Assembly (NCBI GenBank): GCA_017462015.1
Contig: JAFTRX010000078.1
Coordinates: 42,740 to 106,739, forward strand
From: Lentisphaeria bacterium
GTDB lineage: Bacteria; Verrucomicrobiota; Lentisphaeria; Victivallales; Victivallaceae
Direction of reading: 5' to 3'
DNA: 64,000 nucleotides
Shown: positions 28,454 through 38,031 of the stretch, in pieces
Position numbering within the stretch: position 1 is the first letter of the stretch
Layout of the letters: every line of letters begins with the position of its first letter
Made by a program: the position numbers and the translations under genes
The notes under the pieces: generated by a model
Told to the model about the DNA's origin: nothing
Seen by the model: the letters and a program-made list of their open reading frames with translations, nothing else
Database searches by the model: none

Positions 28454-29140
28454 ATGATGGATGATCTTTGGGTTATAATCGCCGCCGGCGGCAGTTCCAG
28501 ACGTTACGGTGAGCGGGATAAATTATTGGAGATACTGGGTGATATGCCGGTATTTCTCCACAGTATCAGGAACTTTTCGACGCTCTGCAAAGCGGAACAC
28601 ATAGTTGTCGTCGTACAGCGGGAGTCGCTGGAAAAATACCGGGAGTGTGCAGCGTACTATCTTCCGGAGTTGAAAATAAATTTTGTTCCGGGCGGCAGTG
28701 ACCGGAGCGGTTCAGTCCGGAACGGGCTGGATTTTATTCCGTCAAAAAGCGGGATCGTCGCTGTTCACGATGCGGCACGGCCGCTGGCAACTGCGGAACT
28801 GCTTGAACGTGTCGCCCGCAGGGCAGCTGAAACCGGCGGTGCCATCGCCGCAATAAAAGTGGTCGATTCTTTGAAATTGACCGGCAGAGACGGCAGAATA
28901 ATTTCTCCGGTGAGCCGGGATGATCTTTATCGGGCGGAAACGCCGCAGGTGTTTGATTTGGATTTGTTGCGTCAGGCGTATGATAAATGCAAAAGTGTCA
29001 GCGCTACTGACGATGCTGAAATAATGAGATTGGCTGGTTTCCCGGTCGAAGTGGTCGAGACAGGATCGTTCAATTTAAAACTGACCACAGCCGGGGATTT
29101 GGATTTATTGAAACTTTTTTATAACGCAGCAGGGAAGTGA
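28454..29140 (+). CDS. ispD: 2-C-methyl-D-erythritol 4-phosphate cytidylyltransferase IspD
   Basis: VIIAAGGSSRRYGERDKLL, VHDAARP and ETPQVF motifs. Confidence 0.85.
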   Translation: MMDDLWVIIAAGGSSRRYGERDKLLEILGDMPVFLHSIRNFSTLCKAEHIVVVVQRESLEKYRECAAYYLPELKINFVPGGSDRSGSVRNGLDFIPSKSGIVAVHDAARPLATAELLERVARRAAETGGAIAAIKVVDSLKLTGRDGRIISPVSRDDLYRAETPQVFDLDLLRQAYDKCKSVSATDDAEIMRLAGFPVEVVETGSFNLKLTTAGDLDLLKLFYNAAGK

Positions 29141-30492
29141 TGGGTACTATTCCGGATACGTCGCGTGGCGAACAGGATATTGATTCACTGGGCGTCTACA
29201 TGCGCGGACTCAATGAACTCGGGGAGTACTCTGCTGAACAGCAGGGCAGGTTGTGCCGCAGTTTTCAGGAGGTATCCGACCGGTTGCGGGAAGTTATTTG
29301 TACATTTGGATTTGTACCGCAGGAGTACTTGCGGATAATTGATAATATTCTGGAAAACGGAGCTGAGGTCGCGGATGCTTTTCTGGTCTCATCGCTGAAA
29401 GCCATGGGCGACAGCCGCCGTGAGCAGTTCGGTAATTTGCGGGTGTGGCGCAGTGAGATCAGCGATGCCATTGAGCAGCTGAATGGTGAGTTTGCTTCCG
29501 GAAGGGATTGTTCGCTTGTGCGTGTTAAACTTGCGGAAGTCATGATGCGTTACAAGCTGACATTGCAGCAAATATATATTTTGCTGGATGTCGGATGCAA
29601 CTATTTGCGCATGATCGACAAAACCTTTGAGTGGGGACGTGAGCTGCGGCTTCCGGAAGAGGGGGATTTTACTTTTATTGAGCAGAAATTTCTTCACCGA
29701 TGCTCCGAATTGCCGGGCAAAGCGCAGGTGTTGAGCGGGGCAATCGAAAATTTGCAGCAGGTGCGCAACGAACTGATTGAAGCCAATTTGAAGCTGGTCG
29801 TCAGCATCGCGCGCCGCTATTGTTCCCAAAAATTGCTCCTCGGCGATTTGATACAGGAGGGCAACCTCGGTTTGATGCGGGCGTTGGAGCGTATCGACTT
29901 TTCACTGGGGTATCGTTTCAGCACCTACGCCAGCTGGTGGATACGTCATCGCATTCTCCGTGCCGTGAACTGCACCGCGCGGGTGATACGCATGCCCATG
30001 CACATGATAAAGCTGATCAACGACATCAATCAGGCCGAACAGCGTTTTATTCAGCTCCACGACCGTGAACCGGAAATAGATGAGCTTGCCCGGATGCTTG
30101 AACTTCCTGTCGCCCGGGTCAGTGCGGTTCGCAAGATGGTGGTGCAGACGGTATCTTTGCAATCCCATGTCAGCAACGGTGATGATTCTGCGGAACTTGG
30201 CGACTTTATCGCCGACAGCACCTCCCGGTCGCCGGAGGCAGAGCTTAACCGCAAGGTGTTGACGGAGCGGCTTCAGCTGATGCTGGAAACTCTGCCGGAA
30301 CGGGAACAGCAGTTATTGATAATGCGTTTCGGACTTTTCGGTCAGCCGGTGTTCACACTGGCGGAAATCAGCGCGCACTTTAAATTGACCAGAGAACGGA
30401 TACGGCAGATCGAGCTGCGTTTGCTCGCAAAACTGCGGACTCCGGAGAAGTTGAAATTTATCGACGGATCGGTCGATTTTGATGATTTTTAA
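29140..30492 (+). CDS. RNA polymerase sigma-70 family factor (RpoD-like, divergent)
   Basis: Region 2 reads DLIQEGNLGLMRALERIDFSLGYRFSTYASWWIRHRI. Region 3 and region 4.2 (TLAEISAHFKLTRERIRQIELRLLAKLR) are present. A long non-conserved insert sits between the 1.2-like region and region 2. The start overlaps the ispD stop (GTGATG). Confidence 0.85.
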   Translation: MGTIPDTSRGEQDIDSLGVYMRGLNELGEYSAEQQGRLCRSFQEVSDRLREVICTFGFVPQEYLRIIDNILENGAEVADAFLVSSLKAMGDSRREQFGNLRVWRSEISDAIEQLNGEFASGRDCSLVRVKLAEVMMRYKLTLQQIYILLDVGCNYLRMIDKTFEWGRELRLPEEGDFTFIEQKFLHRCSELPGKAQVLSGAIENLQQVRNELIEANLKLVVSIARRYCSQKLLLGDLIQEGNLGLMRALERIDFSLGYRFSTYASWWIRHRILRAVNCTARVIRMPMHMIKLINDINQAEQRFIQLHDREPEIDELARMLELPVARVSAVRKMVVQTVSLQSHVSNGDDSAELGDFIADSTSRSPEAELNRKVLTERLQLMLETLPEREQQLLIMRFGLFGQPVFTLAEISAHFKLTRERIRQIELRLLAKLRTPEKLKFIDGSVDFDDF

Positions 30493-30507
30493 CAGGAATG
30501 GAGAATT

Positions 30508-31530
30508 ATGGGAACTGTATTACTTAAAAACATTTGCAAAAGTTTTACTCCGGGAGTTCCGGTGTTGGATGATCTCAATTTGGAGATCAAGTCCGGGGAG
30601 TTGTTTTTTTTGCTCGGTCCCTCCGGGTGCGGCAAATCGACTCTGATGCGGATTTTGTCCGGATTGACGTCGGCAGATTCCGGCAGTATCAGCTTTGACG
30701 GCGTTGAAGTTCAGGATCTGCCGCCGGAAAAACGTCAGGCGGCAATGGTGTTCCAGAACTACGCGTTGTGGCCGCACATGACGGTTTTTGAAAACGTTGC
30801 TTTCGGTCTCAAGATCCGCAAACTGCCCCGCAAGGAGGTGCAGGAACGGGTGATGGAAGCACTGGAGATGGTTCATCTCGCCGATTGTGCCGACCGCAAA
30901 GCGCCGCAGCTTTCCGGCGGACAGCAGCAGCGCGTGGCATTGGCGCGCGCGCTGGCGGTCGATCCGCCGCTGCTGCTGCTGGATGAACCGTTGTCCAATT
31001 TGGATGCCCGGTTGCGTGATGCCATGCGCGAGGAGATTTCGTCGATTTGTGCCAAGCGCGGATTTACGGCACTGTATGTGACCCATGACCGTCAGGAGGC
31101 GCTGAGCATGGCGGATCGGATGGGAGTGATGAAAGATGGTAAGATCCGGCAGATCGGCACGCCGCGCGAATTGTATGAACACCCCGGAGACCGGTTTTGT
31201 GCAGAGTTTCTCGGCGATATAAATTTCATTGACGGCAAAGTTGACAACGGTAATTTTTCCTGCAGTTTCGGAACATTTCCGGTCGCAGGAGATTTTTCCG
31301 GGACGCATACCGCCGCCATCCGGCCGGAGCGGATCGCGTTTGCCGCTGACGGTGAAGATGGTTTTGATGCGGAATTGATTTCCGGCAGTTACCTCGGCGA
31401 TTGCAGCAGCTGGATCTGCCGTGCCGGTGGTGTTGACCTGGTGGTGCGGGAGTTTGCACCGGAAGAACGTGCCGCCGGAGAGCAGGTGCGGTTGAAGTTT
31501 GCTCCCGGACGGCTGCTGATACTGGAGTAA
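30508..31530 (+). CDS. ABC importer ATP-binding protein (PotA/FbpC-like)
   Basis: GPSGCGKST, LSGGQQQRVALARAL and LLLDEP, plus a C-terminal TOBE-like regulatory domain. Confidence 0.85.
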   Translation: MGTVLLKNICKSFTPGVPVLDDLNLEIKSGELFFLLGPSGCGKSTLMRILSGLTSADSGSISFDGVEVQDLPPEKRQAAMVFQNYALWPHMTVFENVAFGLKIRKLPRKEVQERVMEALEMVHLADCADRKAPQLSGGQQQRVALARALAVDPPLLLLDEPLSNLDARLRDAMREEISSICAKRGFTALYVTHDRQEALSMADRMGVMKDGKIRQIGTPRELYEHPGDRFCAEFLGDINFIDGKVDNGNFSCSFGTFPVAGDFSGTHTAAIRPERIAFAADGEDGFDAELISGSYLGDCSSWICRAGGVDLVVREFAPEERAAGEQVRLKFAPGRLLILE

Positions 31531-31536
31531 AGTCAA

Positions 31537-33099
31537 ATGCTGCGCAGACTTGTAATTTGTCTTATTCTGTTTGCTTTGCTGCTGGCAGTACCGTTTTATT
31601 TCCGCACGACCGATGAAGTACCTCCGGTGGAGGATGGTGCTGACCGTCTGGTCATCGTTACTGCCCATAACAAAAGTGTCCGGGACGAGTATGAGATAGC
31701 GTTCCGTAAGCACTACAAGGCAAAGTACGGCAAAGATATTGTGCTGGATTTCCGGTCGCCCGGAGGAACGTCGGATATAGTCCGCTATATTGAGGACAGC
31801 TTCACGGCAAAATTCCGGCAATATTGTGAAGAGAAAAACATCCCCTGGCAGACGGAGTATGCGGATATTTTCCGTAATCCTGCCATGGCATCCCATCCGA
31901 TACGGAAAGAGTTTTTGAAATCTGATGTCAGTATCGGCATCGATATCTTTGCCGGAGGAGGAACCTTCAACCATGACCGGCTTGCCAAGCGCGGATACGC
32001 GGTTGACGGCAAGGTGAAAGAGCGTCATCCGGAATTCTTTAAACCTGAATCCATGCCGCAAAACTTCGGTGGAGATACAATATATGACCCGGAGGGACGT
32101 TATTACGGCGTGGTGTTGACCACTTTCGGCATGTTGTACAACATCGACCGGATGCGGGAGATGAAGGACCCGACTCCGCCTGAACGGTGGAAAGATATCG
32201 GAGAAGCGCGCTTCTTCCGGCAGGTCATCGTTGCCGACCCCAGCAAGTCCGGTTCCGCCAATAAATGTTTTGAAATCATCCTCCAGCAGTGCATGGCGGA
32301 GGCGGGAGAACCGGTAAAAGGCTGGTTCAACGGCATCAATTTGCTGAAACGCATCTTTGCCAATGCGCGCACGATCACCGATTCTGCAAGTAAAGTTGTG
32401 CGCGATGTCGGCATCGGAGAAGGTGCAGTCGGAACGGCGATCGATACTTACGGGTTTACTGAAGTCGAGTGGAGCGAAAAGATTTTCGACGGTAAATCAC
32501 GGGTGGTATATGTTACCCCGAAAGGAGGAACTGCCGTCTCCAGTGACCCGGTTCAGATATTGCGCGGTGCGCCCAACCGGAAGGCGGCGGAAGAGTTTGT
32601 CGATTTTCTGCTTTCGATAGAAGGACAAAAACTGCACTCGTTCAAAGCCGGTACTCCCGGCGGGGCGGTCAAGGCTTCGATAAGCCGTCCGGCGGTACGG
32701 CGGGAACTGTATGCTCCGGAGTACCGGAAGTATTTGTTCCAACCGGATTATGACCCGTACAAATCGGGCGCTGACTTCAAGTACCGTCCGCAATGGACAG
32801 GCAGATATTACTCTTTGCTGCAAATGGTGATAAAGAGCATCATGCTCGACACCCATTTGGAACTTCAGCAGGCGTGGGAAGCGATAATCGCCGCCGGAGG
32901 TCCGGAGGCGGTCCCGGAGGCGATGAAATACTTCAACGCACTGCCATTCAGCTATAAAGAGGCGGCTGCTGCCGCAGGAAAACTGCGCAAAAGCAAAGAC
33001 CGTACTGCCGCAGATGTAGCGGCAGAGTTGCGGAAGTGGAACGATTTTGCCCGGGAAAATTACCGTAAGGCAGAAAAACTTGCGAGAGAGAAGAAATGA
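31537..33099 (+). CDS. ABC transporter substrate-binding protein (membrane-anchored, Fe(III)/polyamine-type fold)
   Basis: 520 aa with an N-terminal hydrophobic anchor. It lies between the ATPase and permease genes and its stop overlaps the permease start (ATGA). The substrate is unknown. Confidence 0.6.
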   Translation: MLRRLVICLILFALLLAVPFYFRTTDEVPPVEDGADRLVIVTAHNKSVRDEYEIAFRKHYKAKYGKDIVLDFRSPGGTSDIVRYIEDSFTAKFRQYCEEKNIPWQTEYADIFRNPAMASHPIRKEFLKSDVSIGIDIFAGGGTFNHDRLAKRGYAVDGKVKERHPEFFKPESMPQNFGGDTIYDPEGRYYGVVLTTFGMLYNIDRMREMKDPTPPERWKDIGEARFFRQVIVADPSKSGSANKCFEIILQQCMAEAGEPVKGWFNGINLLKRIFANARTITDSASKVVRDVGIGEGAVGTAIDTYGFTEVEWSEKIFDGKSRVVYVTPKGGTAVSSDPVQILRGAPNRKAAEEFVDFLLSIEGQKLHSFKAGTPGGAVKASISRPAVRRELYAPEYRKYLFQPDYDPYKSGADFKYRPQWTGRYYSLLQMVIKSIMLDTHLELQQAWEAIIAAGGPEAVPEAMKYFNALPFSYKEAAAAAGKLRKSKDRTAADVAAELRKWNDFARENYRKAEKLAREKK

Positions 33100-34769
33100 A
33101 GATAAACCGGATTTTTCAATATGGGACAATGGCGGCGCTGACACTTTTTTTGAGTGTGTTTCTGCTGCTGCCGGTGTTTATTGTCATTCAGGTCGGTTGT
33201 GACTGGTCGCTGATAATGGAGGTGTGCCGCAGTCAGGTGTACCGGGAGGGATTGCTCAACAGTTTGCAGATAGCAGTGGTGACGACCCTCATGGTGGCGT
33301 TGATATCTGTTCCGCTGGCTCTGCTCTATGACCGGTTTGATTTTCCGGGACGGGAGTTGTGTTCGCTGGCGATGTTATTGCCGATGATACTGCCGCCGTT
33401 TGTGGGCGCGCTGGGATTTCAACAGCTGCTTGGTCATTACGGTGTGTTCAACTCGATACTGGCGGCGCTGGGCTTTGAACGGGTGGATTTCCTCAGCGGA
33501 AACGGTGTATTCTGGTCGGTGTGTTTCATCGAGGCACTGCATTTATACCCCATATTTTATTTGAATATCGTTACCGCACTGGGAAATATCGACCCGGCAC
33601 TGAATGAAGCCGGAGCCAACCTCGGCGGTAATAAGTGGCAGCGCTTCTTCCGCATAACTTTGCCCTTGATGCGGCCGGGATTGCTGGCAGGTGGAAGTAT
33701 CGTTCTCGTGTGGAGCTTTACGGAAATGGGGACGCCGCTGATGTTCGGATTCACCCGGGTCGCACCGGTGCAGATACTCAACGGCTTGAACGAGCTTGAA
33801 ACCAATCCGCTTCCGTATACGCTGGTACTGATAATGCTGATCGTGTCGGCACTGCTCTACCTGGTATCCCGGCTGGCGCTGGGCGGCACTGCCAATGCCA
33901 CTCCCGTCAAAGGAAATACCAGTTCGACGGCGGTGAAACTTGCTTCGTGGAAAAAATTTCTGCCGGGGGCGGCATTTGTACTGGTTTCATTTTGTGCAGT
34001 ACTGCCCCATCTGGCACTGTTGGGAATAGCCTTCGGTAAAAACTATTACAACACCATTTTGCCGCAGGGATTTACTCTTGCTCACTTTGACAGCGCATTG
34101 TCGAATGTATTGGTGCTGCCCTCCATCGGCAACAGTTTGCGTTACTCGCTTCTGGCGATGTTTATCGCCGTTGTCATCGGAGTGGTGGTGGCGCTGGCAT
34201 CGGTGCGGTGGAAATTGCGCGGTTCAGTTGCGCTGGATTTGCTTTCCATGCTGCCGCTGGCGGTGCCGGGAGTGGTGGTTGCGTTCGGATTTCTCGGTAT
34301 GACGGTGAAATTTTCCTGGGCGGCGGCGTTGTTTGATCCGGTGGAAAATCCATTGTGGCTGTTGTCTATAGCGTATGCGGTGCGGCGGATACCGTACGTT
34401 GTGCGTTCTGTCGGCTCCGGTTTGGAACAGACTCCGGAAGAGCTGGAAAATGCGGCGCGCAACTTCGGTGCTACGGCGTGGCAGGTGTTGTGCAAAATAA
34501 CGTTGCCATTGATCGTTGCCAACTTGCTGGTGGGCGGGTTGTTTGCGTTCAGTTTCTCCATGCTGGAGGTGTCGGATTCGTTGATATTGGCGCAAAAGAG
34601 TGAATTTTTCCCCATTACCAAAGCGCTGTTTGAATTGTCGCAAATACTGGGTTCAGGGCCGAGTTCGGCAAGTGCATTCGGTGTCTGGGCGATGTGTTTT
34701 CTGGCTGTTACGCTGATTGCCGCCGGAATCTTGCTCGGAAAAAGGATCGGCAGTATCTTCAAATTTTGA
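33096..34769 (+). CDS. ABC transporter permease, fused two-module (FbpB/ThiP-like) type
   Basis: 557 aa and about 12 TM helices. There are two EAA-like loops (NEAGANLGGNKWQRFFRITLPL and ENAARNFGATAWQVLCKITLPL). Confidence 0.8.
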   Translation: MKINRIFQYGTMAALTLFLSVFLLLPVFIVIQVGCDWSLIMEVCRSQVYREGLLNSLQIAVVTTLMVALISVPLALLYDRFDFPGRELCSLAMLLPMILPPFVGALGFQQLLGHYGVFNSILAALGFERVDFLSGNGVFWSVCFIEALHLYPIFYLNIVTALGNIDPALNEAGANLGGNKWQRFFRITLPLMRPGLLAGGSIVLVWSFTEMGTPLMFGFTRVAPVQILNGLNELETNPLPYTLVLIMLIVSALLYLVSRLALGGTANATPVKGNTSSTAVKLASWKKFLPGAAFVLVSFCAVLPHLALLGIAFGKNYYNTILPQGFTLAHFDSALSNVLVLPSIGNSLRYSLLAMFIAVVIGVVVALASVRWKLRGSVALDLLSMLPLAVPGVVVAFGFLGMTVKFSWAAALFDPVENPLWLLSIAYAVRRIPYVVRSVGSGLEQTPEELENAARNFGATAWQVLCKITLPLIVANLLVGGLFAFSFSMLEVSDSLILAQKSEFFPITKALFELSQILGSGPSSASAFGVWAMCFLAVTLIAAGILLGKRIGSIFKF

Positions 34770-34797
34770 AAAAGTGCGATGCCGGGAAGGGATGGCC

Positions 34798-34826
34798 TTG
34801 AATTCATCCTCCCGGCGGTGTATATT
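34798..34826 (+). promoter_or_regulatory. Putative promoter of the rsmE operon (TTGAAT-17-TATATT)
   Basis: TTGAAT at 34798-34803, a 17-nt spacer, and TATATT at 34821-34826. The spacer forms the right arm of a 12-bp stem-loop (34781-34816) that follows the permease gene. Confidence 0.45.
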
Positions 34827-34860
34827 TACTGTTTATAGAAATTGAACAGCAGGAAGTTTT

Positions 34861-36057
34861 ATGCACAGAATATTTTGTCAGGAAATTCCCGGAGAAGAGA
34901 CCGTGTTTTCTCCGGAAGCGCGGGAGGCGGAACATCTTTTCAAGGTGTTCCGGGCGCGGCCCGGCGATGCGGTCGAACTGCTTGACGGCAGGGGAAACCG
35001 CGCCCGGGGGGAGGTGCTGCCCCAGCGGCAGATACGGGTTTTGCAGCATGAGCATGTTGCCGAACCTGTTGAGAAACTCCATTTGTGCTGTGCGCTTCCC
35101 CGGCGGCAGAAATTGGATTCTCTGCTGAAACAGGCAACTGAACTCGGGGCATGGACGATACGTCCGGTGCATTGTGAACGTTCCGTGGCAGAAGGCAACC
35201 CCCGGGAACGGTGGGAAATTTTGTTGAAAGAAGCGTGCAAGCAGTCCGGAAATGCCTATCTCCCGGAGATACATTGCGAACAGAAACTCAGTGTTGTATT
35301 GGCAGAATTGAAAGCAGAAGGCGTTGATATTTTTTACGGCAGTGTCAAGCCGCTGCCCGCCGATTACGGCAATCCGGAAAAGGAGCGCGCCAAAGCGGTG
35401 TTTATCGGTCCGGAAGGTGGTTTCACCGATGAAGAGATCGCCGAGATCGAAGCTGCCGGAGGAAAACCGTTGAATCTGGGACCGCATATTTTGCGTTTGG
35501 AAACGGCGGCAGTCGCGGCGCTGGCGGTGCTGCGTTTTTTGAGTGTGCTTTTCTGTTTGGGAGTGATGATGCTGACCGCTGCCGGATGCGAGCAGAAGGA
35601 TATGAAAAAAAATCCGCTGTTTTTAAAAGCGGAGAAACTGCGTAATGATGGAAGTTTTGAAGATGCAAGGCGTTTTTTGCGTCAGGCTGTTGCCCGGTAT
35701 CCGGAATCAGCGGAGGCATATCTGGCGTTGGGAAAACTTTGTGAAGAAGAGCTGAATGACAAGTTGGAGGCGGTCTATTGTTACCGCAACTTTCTGCAGT
35801 TTGCCCCGGCAGATGATTACCGGAGAGCCGGGGTGGAAAAATTTATCGCCAATTTGGAAAATGATCTGGCGAAAGAGTTTGTCGCCAAGTCGCCGGAAGT
35901 GGCACAGTTGAAAAAAGATAATCACAATTTACTGACGGAATTGAATCTCGCCAAGCGCCTGATAATGAGCAATCAGAAAAAAATAAAGGCATTGAACAGC
36001 CAGTTGAAGGCAGCGCAGGCACAGCAGCGGCGGGGCGGCAAAAGGAGAAGTCGATGA
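34861..36057 (+). CDS. rsmE: 16S rRNA m3U1498 methyltransferase RsmE, continuous in frame with a lipobox-bearing TPR/coiled-coil segment
   Basis: The first ~225 aa are RsmE (PUA-like N-terminus, VFIGPEGGFTDEE, PHILRLETAAVAALA). With no intervening stop the ORF continues into (V)LRFLSVLFCLGVMMLTAAGC, then TPR-like and coiled-coil sequence. An in-frame GTG lies at 35527. Confidence 0.75.
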   Translation: MHRIFCQEIPGEETVFSPEAREAEHLFKVFRARPGDAVELLDGRGNRARGEVLPQRQIRVLQHEHVAEPVEKLHLCCALPRRQKLDSLLKQATELGAWTIRPVHCERSVAEGNPRERWEILLKEACKQSGNAYLPEIHCEQKLSVVLAELKAEGVDIFYGSVKPLPADYGNPEKERAKAVFIGPEGGFTDEEIAEIEAAGGKPLNLGPHILRLETAAVAALAVLRFLSVLFCLGVMMLTAAGCEQKDMKKNPLFLKAEKLRNDGSFEDARRFLRQAVARYPESAEAYLALGKLCEEELNDKLEAVYCYRNFLQFAPADDYRRAGVEKFIANLENDLAKEFVAKSPEVAQLKKDNHNLLTELNLAKRLIMSNQKKIKALNSQLKAAQAQQRRGGKRRSR

Positions 36058-36581
36058 TGAAAAGAGTTGTTGAATGTACAGTCATGCTGGCAGTGGCAGT
36101 TGCCGCCGGGGGATGCTTCTTTTCCCGGGCACCGCAGTTGGAGATCAACGAATATGCTCCGGAATTGCGTCCGGCATCCCGGATGTTGACGGCAATGCAG
36201 ATCGGCAGTGTGGTAAATCTTTCCGGTTCCGGCAGAGAGTTCGTCATCCGGAAGAAAAATGGCAAAGTGATTTGCGATGAGAGCCGCAGATGGCTCATCG
36301 CGCCGGAGCAGATGTTGAAAAATGCGATGCTTATTCACAGCAGCAGTACCGGAGCAGACCGGGTAAGCGCAGAGATATTGAAGTTTGAGTTTTCGTCAGA
36401 TATGGGCGAATTGTCCACGCTGGTGCGGTTCCGGTTCCGCTCCGTGAACAGCCGGAATGAAATGTGCTGTGTTGCCGCCGTCGCGGTAAAGGTGAGCGAT
36501 GGCGATTACGGCAGAAGCGCTGCCGCATTGTGGGAAAAGTTGTTAAATGAAACATTCAATAAGGATAAGATGGTAAAATGA
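36054..36581 (+). CDS. Lipoprotein, unknown function
   Basis: The signal peptide has a lipobox (MLAVAVAAGGC). The start overlaps the upstream stop (ATGA). Confidence 0.6.
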   Translation: MMKRVVECTVMLAVAVAAGGCFFSRAPQLEINEYAPELRPASRMLTAMQIGSVVNLSGSGREFVIRKKNGKVICDESRRWLIAPEQMLKNAMLIHSSSTGADRVSAEILKFEFSSDMGELSTLVRFRFRSVNSRNEMCCVAAVAVKVSDGDYGRSAAALWEKLLNETFNKDKMVK

Positions 36582-37000
36582 AAAAAATCTGGTTGTTTGC
36601 AGTTGCGGCGATACTCTCTGGCGGCGGATGTGTCAGAACTTCCACGTTGGAGTGGTCAAAACCGGTTCCGGGAGCGGTCAGCAGTTCCGGTACTCCGGTG
36701 GTGTGGCAGTTGAAAGCGCGTAATTGCGGAGTGTATTTGTTCAACGTCGTTCCCATCTGGTCAGGTAAAGAGAGCCGTCCCAACCGCAAAGATTACCGCA
36801 TCGGACAGGATCGTGTCAATGAATGGGATATGCGGAGACTGCTTGATTCTCAACTGCATAAATTGGGTGCGGATCGGGTCGAAGATATAAAAATGAGCAG
36901 CTATTCCAGCGGCGCATGGGGATTGTGGATTTTTTGGAAAAAGTCCATGGTTGCTACCGGATTGGCGGTCAAAAATGCTTCAAAACAAAAAAAACGGTAA
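36578..37000 (+). CDS. Lipoprotein, unknown function
   Basis: MKKIWLFAVAAILSGGGC lipobox. The start overlaps the upstream stop (ATGA). Confidence 0.6.
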   Translation: MKKIWLFAVAAILSGGGCVRTSTLEWSKPVPGAVSSSGTPVVWQLKARNCGVYLFNVVPIWSGKESRPNRKDYRIGQDRVNEWDMRRLLDSQLHKLGADRVEDIKMSSYSSGAWGLWIFWKKSMVATGLAVKNASKQKKR

Positions 37001-37018
37001 TAGAATTCACAACATTGC

Positions 37019-37047
37019 TTGAAAAAAGTACCCAGTGGTGCTATATT
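37019..37047 (+). promoter_or_regulatory. Putative promoter of tpiA-secG and downstream genes (TTGAAA-17-TGcTATATT)
   Basis: TTGAAA at 37019-37024, a 17-nt spacer ending in an extended-10 TG, and TATATT at 37042-37047. It lies in an AT-rich gap 95 nt upstream of tpiA. Confidence 0.5.
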
Positions 37048-37141
37048 CCGTATGCGCTGTATTGTGCAGACGGAAATTTTTATGTTTTTAAAAAAATTTG
37101 GATATTATAAGTAATTAAAAAAAAGAAAAGGAAAAGTTAAA

Positions 37142-37912
37142 ATGAGCCGTAAAGTTATTATCGCCGGAAACTGGAAGATGAACAAGACCGCTGCCGAAGG
37201 TTGCGAATTGGTCAATGCTCTCAAAGAAAAGCTCGGTTGCAGCTGCTATGACAACGTGGATATCGTTGTCTGCCCGCCCTTTACCACTCTGGGTGCGGTG
37301 GTGGAAGCTGCCAAAGGCAGCCGCATCAAAGTCGGTGCGCAGAACGTCCACTGGGCGGAAAGCGGAGCCTTCACCGGTGAAATTTCTGCTGAAATGCTCA
37401 AAACTTCCGGCGTTGAATATGTCATCATCGGTCACAGTGAACGCCGTCAGTATTTCGGCGAAACCGATGCCACCGTCAACAGCCGTCTGAAAGCTGCGTT
37501 GAATGCCGGTCTCAAACCGATCGTCTGCATCGGTGAATTGCTGGAAGAACGCGAAGGCGGATTGACTGAGAAAGTTCTGACCACCCAGATCCGCGGCGGA
37601 TTTGACGGAATCACCGGTGAGCAGATGGCGAACATCGTTGTCGCTTACGAACCGGTTTGGGCTATCGGTACCGGCAAAACTGCCACCCCGGATATCGCTC
37701 AGGAAACCCACGCGCACATCCGCAAAGAACTCGAAGCCATGTTCGGTGCCGAAGTTGCCGGTAAAGTCCGCATCCAGTATGGCGGCAGCATGAAAGCTGA
37801 TAACGCCCGCGAACTGGTTGCGCAGGCTGACATCGACGGCGGGCTGATCGGCGGTGCCGCGTTGAAAGCTGACAGTTTTGCCGCGCTTATCGATGAAGCG
37901 ATGGGAAAATAA
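37142..37912 (+). CDS. tpiA: Triosephosphate isomerase
   Basis: IIAGNWKMNKT, IGHSERR, AYEPVWAIGTG and YGGS motifs. Confidence 0.95.
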   Translation: MSRKVIIAGNWKMNKTAAEGCELVNALKEKLGCSCYDNVDIVVCPPFTTLGAVVEAAKGSRIKVGAQNVHWAESGAFTGEISAEMLKTSGVEYVIIGHSERRQYFGETDATVNSRLKAALNAGLKPIVCIGELLEEREGGLTEKVLTTQIRGGFDGITGEQMANIVVAYEPVWAIGTGKTATPDIAQETHAHIRKELEAMFGAEVAGKVRIQYGGSMKADNARELVAQADIDGGLIGGAALKADSFAALIDEAMGK

Positions 37913-37930
37913 AAGTTTTTTTGAGATTTG

Positions 37931-37962
37931 TCCTTGTGCCGATTTGCATTTTGGCACAAGGA
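37931..37962 (+). other. 10-bp stem-loop between tpiA and secG (possible attenuator or weak terminator)
   Basis: TCCTTGTGCC - 12-nt loop - GGCACAAGGA. It is followed by only a weak T tract (gtattatctttt). Confidence 0.3.
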
Positions 37963-38031
37963 GTATTATCTTTTAAGAAAAGTAGGCAAAAATTTATCAA
38001 ATCCGTGATTTGATGAGAAAAGAGTAAAGCT

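Noticed and set aside
30520-32061. 513-aa minus-strand ORF.
   Set aside because: It is antisense to the ABC ATPase and substrate-binding protein genes. Its composition is low-complexity and rich in R, Q and H.
37115-37957. 280-aa minus-strand ORF.
   Set aside because: It is antisense to tpiA, whose identity is unambiguous.
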